Of a DNA stretch of 64,000 nt, positions 36,415 to 45,164 are shown piece after piece. The DNA lies in contig JAGQMS010000002.1 of assembly GCA_020428535.1 (NCBI GenBank), forward strand, positions 3,210 through 67,209. The letters are read 5' to 3'. The notes under the pieces are model-generated. The model did not search any database and was not told where the DNA came from. It was given only the letters and a program-made list of their open reading frames with translations. Each line of letters begins with the position of its first letter. The first letter of the stretch is position 1. The DNA is from Candidatus Saccharimonadota bacterium. Lineage in GTDB: Bacteria > Patescibacteriota > Saccharimonadia > Saccharimonadales > JAGQMS01. The position numbers were made by a program, and so were the translations under genes.

Positions 36415-37902
36415 ATGATTGGGCTTATGCTTCTTGGCTTTTCTGTTTTATTGGCTATTCTGAGCTACTTCATCAAGAATAGCAGATCATTCTTGGCTGG
36501 CACTGCGATGCTGATCAATGGGCTAGCAACGGGTGTTCTGTTTGGCTATAACCCTTCGGTTTGGTCGCTAATCGCCGCTGTCTTTGGGTTCTATCAGCTT
36601 TTTAACCTTGGTCGTTTGGTCAAATCTCGACTCCATTCCAGACACCTTAAACTAGCGTTTTATGTGGGCGGTCTCAGACTTTTGGCTTTACAAATTTTGT
36701 TTGTTGGTCTTGCAAATCTTAGCTCATGGTCTACACAATTAGAAGAATATTCAATCTTAGTGTTACGTGTTGCCCAAGTTAGTGTCGCCTTTCTGATAAT
36801 GCTCGCTGTCGTGTATCGTCTTTATAAGTCGAGGCCCAAAAACTCCACAAATTTTTTTAGTGATACTGAGCTACCTTCGATTAGCGTTTTGATCCCTGCC
36901 CGATTCGAAGACCGTGAGCTAGAAGAAATTTTGCACGGTATAGTAGCTAATGATTACCCCAAAATGGAGGTGATAGTTCTTGATGACCAATCAAATTCAC
37001 CTCGAATCTCCGAAATCGTCAAAGGTTTTGCACAAAAAGGGGTAAGGTTTGTCGAAGGTGGTGAAATTAAAGAAAATTGGTTGGCAAAAAATCAGGCCTA
37101 TGATGTTTTGGCAAGCTCAGCAAGTGGCGAATATCTAGTTTTTATGGGTGTTGACGTGCGTTTGGGTGTCGACGCGATCAGAAGTGCCGTGACATATGCT
37201 AAAAACAATTCTGTCGATATGATATCGATCTTGCCATCACGTTTTGACGGTTCATTTTGGCAGGGATTTTTCTCGCCTCTAAGGTATTTCAGAGAGCTCA
37301 TCAGGCCTGGTTTTAGGCTTGGAGGAGCACCTGCGCTCAGTACAATGTGGCTGATCCGTAGGGATGCATATGATTCTCTGGGGGGTATGCCAGCTGTGGC
37401 GCGAAAAGTCATTCCAGAACAGTATTTTGCCCGACAATTAAACAGACAAAAGAAGTATGCTTTTGTACGCACAAATTCGAAAATGCACATTTCGACAGCA
37501 AAAACACTTAAAGAGCAACTAGCTACTTCAAAAAGAGTTATATATCCTTCACAGCATCGAAGGATGGAGATTAATGCAATTACAAATATTGCGATGCTGG
37601 TGTTTTTATTTACACCGTTCTTGCAACTTCCACATGCACTATATTTTGGTGAATGGCATAATGCTATCTTAAGCGGTCTGGCTGTGTTATTTTTAGCTAT
37701 TTCACATATGGCCATTGTGACCTTAACGAACCCAATTCTTTGGCCAATGGCAGTAGTAAATTTTCCTTACCTAGTCCTCCAAGAAGTTGTGCTCAGCTTT
37801 AGTTCGATGTATTCGTATGAGTTTGGAGAGGTCTACTGGAAGGGTCGAACTATCAGCCAGCCTGTCATGCAAGTGATCCCCCACTTGCCAAAAATTGAAT
37901 AG
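36415..37902 (+). CDS. membrane-embedded GT2-family glycosyltransferase
   Basis: N- and C-terminal TM bundles flank ISVLIPARFEDRELEEIL..DYPKMEVIVLDDQS (GT2 DxD region). Confidence 0.7.
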   Translation: MIGLMLLGFSVLLAILSYFIKNSRSFLAGTAMLINGLATGVLFGYNPSVWSLIAAVFGFYQLFNLGRLVKSRLHSRHLKLAFYVGGLRLLALQILFVGLANLSSWSTQLEEYSILVLRVAQVSVAFLIMLAVVYRLYKSRPKNSTNFFSDTELPSISVLIPARFEDRELEEILHGIVANDYPKMEVIVLDDQSNSPRISEIVKGFAQKGVRFVEGGEIKENWLAKNQAYDVLASSASGEYLVFMGVDVRLGVDAIRSAVTYAKNNSVDMISILPSRFDGSFWQGFFSPLRYFRELIRPGFRLGGAPALSTMWLIRRDAYDSLGGMPAVARKVIPEQYFARQLNRQKKYAFVRTNSKMHISTAKTLKEQLATSKRVIYPSQHRRMEINAITNIAMLVFLFTPFLQLPHALYFGEWHNAILSGLAVLFLAISHMAIVTLTNPILWPMAVVNFPYLVLQEVVLSFSSMYSYEFGEVYWKGRTISQPVMQVIPHLPKIE

Positions 37903-37923
37903 TGTCTATAGTACATAGGTATT

Positions 37924-38199
37924 ATGCCTCCGAAAACAACATATGAAATTCTTGCGGAAGAATTCCCGCCAAATTGCATATCTAACGAAGGGCCATGCTA
38001 TAAATTTGCTTTGTGGTTATTGCAGTATGCTAGTGATGTTGATGCAAAACGTATTACATTAGAAAAAGCTCGCCAGCTACTATCGCCAGTAGTTGAAAAG
38101 GTACAGGATTGCCCTGGTCAAAAACCAGATGAAGATCCTGGGTGCTTCGGTTCTGGATCACGGTGTGGTCTTGAAGATAGAGATATTGTAATTAACTAG
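37924..38199 (+). CDS. hypothetical small Cys-containing protein
   Basis: 91-aa ORF with no recognisable motif. Confidence 0.35.
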   Translation: MPPKTTYEILAEEFPPNCISNEGPCYKFALWLLQYASDVDAKRITLEKARQLLSPVVEKVQDCPGQKPDEDPGCFGSGSRCGLEDRDIVIN

Positions 38200-38860
38200 C
38201 ACGTCGAACAGTTTTAGCGATTTTTTTAGAGTTTGGTAGTACTGATTCCATATGAGCCCAAAAATCTGGACCATGGTTCATGTGAACTGTGTGTGTCAAC
38301 TCATGCAAGATTACGTAATCAATATGTAGGGTGTCTAGGCTCATCAGCCGGTAGTTGAATATTATTTGTTTTTTTGAATTACAACTCCCCCATCGTCTTT
38401 TTAATTTTCTTACTGAAACTTTTGAAAATTTAAAGTTAAACATATCAGCAAGTTGCGTAGTGCGCTCTGGAAGGTAGCTTTCTGCTTCTTTGCGAAGAAC
38501 ATCCTCTACTTTTTCACTTATGAATTTGTTCAGTGCGTCTTTACCAGTACCCTGAGGGTAAGTAATTTCTAGAAGATTGTCTTTATTGCGATATTTTAGT
38601 GAGTCACCAGGAACGAACTTTAGGGTGTGGCGAATACCAATTTGTTGACCATCTTGAAAATTCTCTTGCGGTTTTATATGCTCAAGTACCCAAGATACGC
38701 GAGACTTAACAAAACTTTCGCCTGCTGAATACGGCAACCACGCTGGTTGAGAGACACGAACACTCGAACCATGCAGGCTAATTCTGATCGTCTTCTGGCC
38801 TCGTCGCTTAGAAATGTTTATTTCACCAATCTCAGGAACGTTGATAGTTTTTGACGGCAT
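38192..38860 (-). CDS. YgjP/DUF45-like zinc metallopeptidase-fold protein
   Basis: RRWGSCNSKKQIIFNYRLM...IDYVILHELTHTVHMNHGPDFW (HExxH plus H). Confidence 0.7.
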   Translation of the reverse strand: MPSKTINVPEIGEINISKRRGQKTIRISLHGSSVRVSQPAWLPYSAGESFVKSRVSWVLEHIKPQENFQDGQQIGIRHTLKFVPGDSLKYRNKDNLLEITYPQGTGKDALNKFISEKVEDVLRKEAESYLPERTTQLADMFNFKFSKVSVRKLKRRWGSCNSKKQIIFNYRLMSLDTLHIDYVILHELTHTVHMNHGPDFWAHMESVLPNSKKIAKTVRRAS

Positions 38861-38954
38861 GGTTAAAGTTTACATCAGTCAGCAAACGACCGCCTAATGC
38901 AAATCTATCGCCACTACACCACATATAGCGTAGTGACACCATATGTGGTGTCTT

Positions 38955-39614
38955 TTAGCTTATATTTACGTTTCTACGATTTGGGTCTACGCGGCCAGCT
39001 TGAGCTCCTGAGACTAGATTGACTAGCCCAGGCATTGGCACGTGGAAATTCGGGTCTGTTTCCGCAATTGCTTGAAGCTCACTCAATTTTCGAAGAAATA
39101 CATTCTTTTGCGAGTTGAACAGATGCTTACCACTTATGACTACAGCGTCCTCACCTACAGGCAGCTGCATTTGTTTTTCGATATTGTTGAATGTTGTCTG
39201 ACTCATACTTGGCGAGTATTGGTCATCAATTTTCTGCGGATTTCTGCTTTTTACTCTACCAAAGCACGTTTCATTGTCCGCTTGTAGCCAAATTAGCATA
39301 GTTGAGAGCTTATGTTTTTTGGCAAAATCTTTCATGAGCTTTCTGTCTTGGGCTCTGTTTAGGGAGATGTCATAAATAACAGATAAACCAGCCTTAATAT
39401 ATTCATCCAGCATGATGTTCATCATGTTCATGACTACCTGGTTCTCTTCTTTTGAATATGTAGGTTTTTCAAAAAGTTCATAACGGATACGGTCACTTGA
39501 GATCACAGGCATGTTCAACATTTCTGATGCCTGTCTCGAGAAAAAAGTTTTGCCACTTCCGGGCAAACCAAAAAATATAATCAAAAGCTGCTTCAGCAGA
39601 GTGCTCTTTCGCAT
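38955..39614 (-). CDS. P-loop kinase-like ATPase (AAA_33 / zeta-toxin-like fold)
   Basis: Walker A FFGLPGSGKTFF near the N-terminus. Size and layout resemble small nucleotide/polynucleotide kinases. Confidence 0.5.
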   Translation of the reverse strand: MRKSTLLKQLLIIFFGLPGSGKTFFSRQASEMLNMPVISSDRIRYELFEKPTYSKEENQVVMNMMNIMLDEYIKAGLSVIYDISLNRAQDRKLMKDFAKKHKLSTMLIWLQADNETCFGRVKSRNPQKIDDQYSPSMSQTTFNNIEKQMQLPVGEDAVVISGKHLFNSQKNVFLRKLSELQAIAETDPNFHVPMPGLVNLVSGAQAGRVDPNRRNVNIS

Positions 39615-39683
39615 GCCAATACTATATCATAAGATTTTGTGTTTTGTGCTTCGTGACAGATGCGAGTGCTATACTAGATACTA

Positions 39684-41171
39684 ATGAAATCTAGAAGTAA
39701 AATGTTAGTAAAACTTGGCTATAAAGCTGGACGATCCAGGGCTTTTAGGGGCTCTGATGACTTTTTTGATGAGTTCATAGATATTCTTACAAATCTAGGA
39801 GGAATCTATGCTAAATTCTTGCAAGGAATTTTACTGGGTTTCGCGGTCACAAAGGGTCAAAAACTGAACCCCAAACAACTCGATGTTTTTGAAGACAATA
39901 TAGACCCAGAAATGGGTTTGCAGGCTATTAATGATGCTCTTGGCACGAGTGCTTCAAGAGTTTCTGTGACAAATACAATTCCCATAGGTGTGGGAAGTTA
40001 TAGTGCTGTTTATCAAGGTAAACTTGATGGCCACAGACCAATAATTATCAAAATCTTAAAACCTCATATTTTAGAAGAGATTAAATACGATCTCAAATTT
40101 CTTAAAAAATTGGCTTATATTTTAAAACTTTCGGGTATCAAGATAGCTGCTGTCGATATTGGCCAGTTTTATGGCTCATTTAAAAAAGCCTGTATTAAGG
40201 AGACAGATTTTCCGAGAGAGATAGAGTTCGCGCATGAACTATATGAAAGATATAAAAATCACCCCACCATAGTTATCCCCGAAACTATTATGGAACTTTG
40301 CAATGAGCGCGTAATTGTCCAAGACCGAGTTGATGGAATCTCAGTAAAGACCCTAGTCGAGCTGAGGCTCAAGGAAAATGAAGATATTGTCGAGATGATT
40401 AGAGAAAATTACGACACAGATCTAGCAGAAATGATAAGAGAGCTGACCTTCGAACTATTCTATAGCCTAACTTCCGGTAAAGCTTTTCACGGTGATCTAC
40501 ACCCAGGAAATATAAGGATATTACCAAACAACAGGATTGCCATTCTAGATTTCGGTATTCGTGCGGAACCGTACGCACAAAGTATTGTTGCGGCTGTAAT
40601 AAACAAATTCGAATCAGATAATCTATTTATCCAGGGTGATCTTGATTTAGTGCGGACACTCGATGCGCATTTTCGCGTTTATATGGCAAACCTATACAGC
40701 AGTATCGATAGTTTGTTGAGTTACTACAAAATCGACGTAAGGGTCTTTTTTACAAAGTTTGCCGAGAGTATTGGAATAAACACAGAATCTATCCCCGATT
40801 CTAAACGTAAAGAGTGGCATTCGCATGGCCCAGCCTATATGATGAACGATCTTCTTAAAGGTTCAGAAAAATACGGCATCGAAGTGAAGGTAAAAGATCA
40901 AACAGCCCAAAGAGCTATTTCTACACAATTTAGCCTTATAAAAGCACTTGGCGTTCGTGATGAGGTTTTGCCTGCTGTTTATGAAAGAGTCTGTAGTTTG
41001 GTCAGAAAAGAGCAACCAGATTTGTTCTCTAAAAAGAAGACAATAATGCCTGACATTGCACTTGAGAACGTCTACGTTTGGTTAGAAAAAGTTAATTCAA
41101 CAAACCCAGAATTAGCAAATAAACTACGCAGTTCACTGGATCAAGAAGTAATCTCTGCAGCGATCGTCTGA
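39684..41171 (+). CDS. ABC1/UbiB-family atypical protein kinase
   Basis: IIIKILKP (Lys), HGDLHPGNIRIL and ILDFG motifs. TATACT lies 8 nt before the ATG. Confidence 0.7.
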   Translation: MKSRSKMLVKLGYKAGRSRAFRGSDDFFDEFIDILTNLGGIYAKFLQGILLGFAVTKGQKLNPKQLDVFEDNIDPEMGLQAINDALGTSASRVSVTNTIPIGVGSYSAVYQGKLDGHRPIIIKILKPHILEEIKYDLKFLKKLAYILKLSGIKIAAVDIGQFYGSFKKACIKETDFPREIEFAHELYERYKNHPTIVIPETIMELCNERVIVQDRVDGISVKTLVELRLKENEDIVEMIRENYDTDLAEMIRELTFELFYSLTSGKAFHGDLHPGNIRILPNNRIAILDFGIRAEPYAQSIVAAVINKFESDNLFIQGDLDLVRTLDAHFRVYMANLYSSIDSLLSYYKIDVRVFFTKFAESIGINTESIPDSKRKEWHSHGPAYMMNDLLKGSEKYGIEVKVKDQTAQRAISTQFSLIKALGVRDEVLPAVYERVCSLVRKEQPDLFSKKKTIMPDIALENVYVWLEKVNSTNPELANKLRSSLDQEVISAAIV

Positions 41172-41612
41172 TTAGAATGCTTGTTTCTTCGAGTAACGAT
41201 ATTCACTGATATCGAGAAGCCATACAGGCACTAAAAAGATGCTTCCAATTGAAAAGATACCAAAAACTACGCTGAGCCTTCGTAGCCATACAGTAGTATT
41301 TGAATCGAGTTGACTAGAAATTGACTCGCATTTCATATCTGTGGTTTGTGTTGAAGTGTTTGTATCGGCCTGATTTGTTGTCGTGGTAGTTGTAGTTGTT
41401 TGTTGAGTACAGAGTTGACCGCTGGAGTTTTTGCCTGTAAGTATTGGCACAAACCACAAAACTAAGGAAAGTGCAGCCAGAAATATTGGCATCAGTACCA
41501 AACTTAGTAGCCTGGGGATGGGGCTTTTTGGTGGTAATGATGGTAGTGGAGCTTTTTGGGGGACTGTTTGAGGAATAGGCTCGTTCGATTGTTGAATATT
41601 TTGATTTTCCAT
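41172..41612 (-). CDS. membrane protein with a poly-Thr tract
   Basis: 146-aa ORF with two TM helices and a TTTTTTT run. Confidence 0.4.
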   Translation of the reverse strand: MENQNIQQSNEPIPQTVPQKAPLPSLPPKSPIPRLLSLVLMPIFLAALSLVLWFVPILTGKNSSGQLCTQQTTTTTTTTNQADTNTSTQTTDMKCESISSQLDSNTTVWLRRLSVVFGIFSIGSIFLVPVWLLDISEYRYSKKQAF

Positions 41613-41727
41613 CTCGATTTATCGTATCACATACTCTGTTAATATCTTTTGAAATAGATGCGATTAGGTTATACTTTATCTTGCTTAGGGGAGTAGCACT
41701 CTGAGATTAATTAAGAAGAAGATATAC

Positions 41728-41803
41728 AGGGGAGTAGCTCAATTGGTAGAGTAGCGGTCTCCAAAACCGTTGGTTGCAGGTTCGAGTCCTGTCTCCCCTG
41801 CCA
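41728..41803 (+). tRNA. tRNA-Trp (anticodon CCA), CCA encoded
   Basis: Acceptor AGGGGAG/CTCCCCT, anticodon stem GCGGT/ACCGT with loop CTCCAAA, T arm GCAGG-TTCGAGT-CCTGT, discriminator G then CCA. Confidence 0.92.
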
Positions 41804-41805
41804 CG

Positions 41806-41837
41806 AAAAGTCCCGGTCAGTTTGTCCGGGCTTTTTT
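41806..41837 (+). terminator. terminator hairpin after tRNA-Trp
   Basis: AAAGTCCCGG ... CCGGGCTTTTTT. The A-run and T-run on either side make it potentially bidirectional. Confidence 0.7.
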
Positions 41838-41973
41838 CGTGGCCATGTGATTCAGGCTCAACTTAAAACCAACGGAGTTGGTTGGAGGTGAGAAAAGCCA
41901 GCGGCTTTTCGCAAGGGAGTCCACTCTTGAAGCTGTGCTTCAAAGATGTGGCGACGGGGTCGCGGAACGTGAC

Positions 41974-41994
41974 CGAGTCCTGTCTCCCCTGCCA
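41974..41994 (+). repeat. exact 21-nt duplicate of the tRNA-Trp 3' end, with its own terminator hairpin
   Basis: CGAGTCCTGTCTCCCCTGCCA is identical to 41783-41803. It is followed by hairpin GCCTGAGT..ACTCAGGT plus a T run at about 42004-42030. Confidence 0.85.
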
Positions 41995-42081
41995 AACTAA
42001 AATGCCTGAGTTTTGCACTCAGGTGTTTTAGTTTGATAAGTGATTCGACTCGGTTCTGCAACTCGCCAAGAAGTGGCGAAA

Positions 42082-42187
42082 GTTGCAGGTTCGGTCTTGA
42101 GTCTAGTGCCCGAGTATACTCGGCGCACTGATTCAAGTGCTCTGTCCCCCGCCTACCTTGCTTGGCGGGCAGGTGTCTCCCCTACCA
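42082..42187 (+). repeat. degenerate third tRNA-Trp 3'-half remnant
   Basis: GTTGCAGGTTCG (42082-42093) matches the tRNA T-arm. TGTCTCCCCTACCA (42174-42187) matches the tRNA 3' end at 13 of 14 positions. It is followed by a hairpin with a T run (AGTCCC..GGGCTTTT). Confidence 0.6.
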
Positions 42188-42249
42188 AGCATAAGAATAT
42201 GATAAAAAGAGTCCCATTGCGGGCTTTTATATTGCTAATGTAATAGCTA

Positions 42250-43053
42250 TCATTTCGTTCGAATGTAGATCAATGTAATAGCTGCCGCTAAGATCATTAA
42301 TAAAAATATTGAAATGGATTCTGATAGCCTAACTATAAATGGCGTTATTTTGTGTACTTTTACGAATTTTGTTTCGTTAATTACCAAGCTACCATTTGTC
42401 TCGGGCAGACTGATATTTTTTGCAAAATCATATATGAGAGTCAATGTTTCAGGGTCTCTTTTATCTCCACCGATTAATAGCCATACTCCTCCACTTCCCA
42501 CTTCAATGTCTATATATAGTTTTTTTTCCGTAAGCTGCTTCGCTAGTTGAAGCGCATACTCATGAGACCCCTGGGAGTAGTATATATCCGTACTTTCTTG
42601 CGATGCTCTGGTTAAATTACCTGAGACATACTGTGCTGCAAAATTTTTCGGAAAACTTATAAGGAAGTTAAGATTTGTAGCTTTAGGTAAAAACAATACC
42701 GTTGCCTGCCTTCTTGTAGCTCCTTGACGGACATTTCCGGCTGAAAAGGGAGACTTTTTTTCGTATCTAACTAAGCCGAGTAGTGTATTATCGTCTAAGC
42801 CAATAATCGTACTCGTTCGAAAATTGATTATCCGACTACTATTTTTCAGCTGTGAAAGCGATTGCGGTAGCCGCCATTTTGATTTCAATTGCTGAGTGTC
42901 ACACTCTAAACCATTGTCTCTAATAAATTGTGCCCAAGACGAATCAAAGTCCGCAGTAGATAACCCATGACCGTCGTTTCTGAGACTGTTTTGATAGAAT
43001 ACCGCCTTATTGTTGTAAGGTTTCTTACCATTTATGGCTGAAGTATTAAGCAT
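42250..43053 (-). CDS. hypothetical protein with a C-terminal TM anchor
   Basis: 267-aa ORF with no recognisable motif. Confidence 0.45.
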   Translation of the reverse strand: MLNTSAINGKKPYNNKAVFYQNSLRNDGHGLSTADFDSSWAQFIRDNGLECDTQQLKSKWRLPQSLSQLKNSSRIINFRTSTIIGLDDNTLLGLVRYEKKSPFSAGNVRQGATRRQATVLFLPKATNLNFLISFPKNFAAQYVSGNLTRASQESTDIYYSQGSHEYALQLAKQLTEKKLYIDIEVGSGGVWLLIGGDKRDPETLTLIYDFAKNISLPETNGSLVINETKFVKVHKITPFIVRLSESISIFLLMILAAAITLIYIRTK

Positions 43054-43224
43054 ATAGTAATAATAATAAAATTCTTGATTTTGTCTATGTCGAGTTATGT
43101 ATACGAATTACTAGACGAAGTTTCTACTTCAACATATTTTCTCTGAGAAGTTCGTCCATAAAGGGTTGCCGAGCATAAGCATTATGAAAGAGCCAGTCCT
43201 GGCTCTTTTTGTTATTATCTAGTT

Positions 43225-43743
43225 ATGAAGATATTGGAAGGGTATGAAAGATTTATAGAAAATGTGAATAATGGCTTGAAAAGAGTCGGAATTTCAGCGC
43301 ATGAATTGGCTATGATGGATCATATCTGTTATCGCGTAGCTACTGGAGAGAGATACAAACAGATACTCGCAGATCTTGGTGGAGCTACTCTATTGGGTGA
43401 AGCTATTATTTCGGGAAGACCAATTGCTACTATAGAGCTTGAAGAACCTCTTGAAGCAGGAGGATGGAGAGTTCCTTATTTAGAGCTTCCTTCCCCAAAA
43501 CAATCCAGTCCGTACCCTGAAGGACTTGAACATGTTGAATTTGTTGTGATCGGTGGACTAGATAGGTTTGCAGCGCGGCATTCAGATTTAGATTTTGATC
43601 GTGGCGGTATGGGTAAGGATTTGAATCCAGAACTTGGGTTGAAAGATGGTGATCTGTCAGTCAAGTTTCATGAGCAACCCTTAGGTGCGGTTGTTCGAAT
43701 TGAACATCGTTTGGGTCGGACCTTACCTCAGCCTCAACGTTGA
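43225..43743 (+). CDS. VOC-superfamily (YecM-like) protein
   Basis: DHICYRVATGERYKQ and GLEHVEFVV resemble the YecM/VOC metal-site strands. This is motif-level evidence only. Confidence 0.45.
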   Translation: MKILEGYERFIENVNNGLKRVGISAHELAMMDHICYRVATGERYKQILADLGGATLLGEAIISGRPIATIELEEPLEAGGWRVPYLELPSPKQSSPYPEGLEHVEFVVIGGLDRFAARHSDLDFDRGGMGKDLNPELGLKDGDLSVKFHEQPLGAVVRIEHRLGRTLPQPQR

Positions 43744-43811
43744 GAAGTTCATTGATGAGGGGCTGACTTGTATTGGAACTTTGTAATCACAAACCATATA
43801 ATGGGATATAT

Positions 43812-44027
43812 ATGTCAAAAATGGACAGCGACGGTAGAAGCGGAATTTATCAAATTGTTGGCAGGCCCGATATTGACCTGACGAGCTATCTTGTTATTGT
43901 GAACGGTAGAAGTATTATCGATTACGATAGAATCAAGGTCGAAAACCCTAGTCTCTACCATGAAATATTGGAGTTAGAAGATGAAGCAAACGAGCAAGAA
44001 GACCTCTACCTGGAAAGCCTAGAGTAA
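43812..44027 (+). CDS. small acidic hypothetical protein
   Basis: Inner ATG has TATAAT 9 nt upstream. 71 aa with an acidic C-terminus. Confidence 0.35.
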   Translation: MSKMDSDGRSGIYQIVGRPDIDLTSYLVIVNGRSIIDYDRIKVENPSLYHEILELEDEANEQEDLYLESLE

Positions 44028-44110
44028 AACCGATCAACGATTCTATTTACCTCCAAACGCTTTCACACTAATAAAGATCAAATGCTAAGTTAATTTGCTA
44101 TTATTTATTA

Positions 44111-44779
44111 ATGCTGAGCAATGAATTCTACTCAAATGAAGATTCGAAAACTGATACTTTAGCATGTCTAGTCGCTGGTTTTGGAGGGAGATTAAAATCC
44201 TATCAAAAAGCCATTCAGGCACTTTTAAATGCTGGCTATGATGTAATAGCATTCGAGTACGACCGTAACGTGTTAGATAGTGGCAATCCCGATGATCTAC
44301 TAAATTTAGTGGAGTCTATTACAAAAGAAGTTGAAGGCAGAGCGAGTTCTTATGAACGTGTTGTTTGCTGTGGTGTTAGTTTGGGGGCTTACATATCATT
44401 TAATGTTCAAAGGCGAATAGACAATGCTAAAACGGGTATTTATGGGACAGCAGGGATATCCGTGTCGCATGCAATATACACAGCAAAGATTTTCAGAAAA
44501 GTAAGATCTAAGTTCGTCGGTAACGGCTACGATGAAGCTTCCCTTAGAAAAAAGTGGGAGTCGATTGAGATATTGGATGATGCGGGCATAGACAGTACAA
44601 AATCTCTAAAGATTGTAATGGGCAAAATGGACAAGATCGTGCGCTATCGCTCTGCCAGTAGAGTAATGGATGGCTGGAAAGACAACGGGACCAAGGTGAG
44701 TTATTTTGGGCTGAATGGACGTGGGCACACACTCACAATCAGCTGGTATAAAAACAATCTGTCAAAACTACTGATCTAA
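44111..44779 (+). CDS. alpha/beta-fold hydrolase-like protein
   Basis: Nucleophile elbow CCGVSLGAY and a C-terminal GRGHT. Length is 222 aa. Confidence 0.5.
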   Translation: MLSNEFYSNEDSKTDTLACLVAGFGGRLKSYQKAIQALLNAGYDVIAFEYDRNVLDSGNPDDLLNLVESITKEVEGRASSYERVVCCGVSLGAYISFNVQRRIDNAKTGIYGTAGISVSHAIYTAKIFRKVRSKFVGNGYDEASLRKKWESIEILDDAGIDSTKSLKIVMGKMDKIVRYRSASRVMDGWKDNGTKVSYFGLNGRGHTLTISWYKNNLSKLLI

Positions 44780-44878
44780 CCTATTCTCCAGCGTTTTATG
44801 ATCTAACATCGACATTTTAAACCTTACTTGATTAACATCATGAATAGTCGTATATTTTACTTAGACCGTAATGGTTAA

Positions 44879-45133
44879 GGGAGTGACGAAACCACTCGGC
44901 TTAAAATGCACTGGAGAGTTTGCCGTCGCTAAATGGATACTCGAAGAAGGTGCGCCGGGCTGGGAGGGCTCATCCTGTCGTTGGATTGAATACCGAAAGC
45001 TGGAAACAGCTTGATGGAAAAAAGACGGAACAAACGTTCCGACCAGCGATTCAAGGAAGACCCGGGTAAACCTAACCCCCGACCGTGCGTAAGTTGCTCG
45101 GTCGGGGGAAGGTCCCTATAAGTTCGCACTCCC
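44879..45133 (+). ncRNA. unclassified GC-rich structured RNA candidate (~255 nt, strand uncertain)
   Basis: Lies between the 3' ends of convergent genes and is visibly GC-rich. The termini pair: GGGAGTG(A)CGAA with TTCGCACTCCC. Internal hairpins are CCCCCGACCG-13nt-CGGTCGGGGG, CGGAAC-AAAC-GTTCCG and AGCTG-GAAA-CAGCT. The only ORF here (66 aa, minus strand) looks like noise. Confidence 0.5.
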
Positions 45134-45164
45134 TATTTTCATTTGAAATTTATTTTAGCGGTTC

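Noticed and set aside
37098-37715. 205-aa antisense ORF inside the GT2 gene. Similar long antisense ORFs occur elsewhere, for example 33077..33532 in rplA, 29477..29911 in tmk and 4501..4754 in the GNAT gene.
   Set aside because: The opposite-strand genes have clear family motifs. The antisense translations are low-complexity (Ser/Ala/Cys/Leu-rich) with no start-site signals.
41370-41415. Short GTTGT/GTAGT tandem repeats that could be mistaken for a repeat array.
   Set aside because: They are simply the antisense of ACN codons encoding the poly-Thr tract of the 41172..41612 membrane protein. There are no spacers and no CRISPR-like periodicity. I saw no CRISPR array anywhere in the window.
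41858-42243. ORFs of 92 aa (minus strand) and 67 aa (plus strand) downstream of tRNA-Trp.
   Set aside because: They lie entirely within the tRNA-3'-end repeat and hairpin region. They have an Arg/Leu/Pro-rich noise-like composition and no RBS.
41700-44100. An intact integrative element (integrase plus cargo) at tRNA-Trp.
   Set aside because: No tyrosine or serine recombinase, excisionase or phage-like gene is recognisable near the repeats. Only scars can be claimed from this window.
44929-45129. 66-aa minus-strand ORF inside the GC-rich intergenic region.
   Set aside because: Noise-like sequence (RGLGLPGSSLNRWSERLFRLF) with no RBS. The region is better explained by extensive base-pairing, i.e. 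an RNA candidate.
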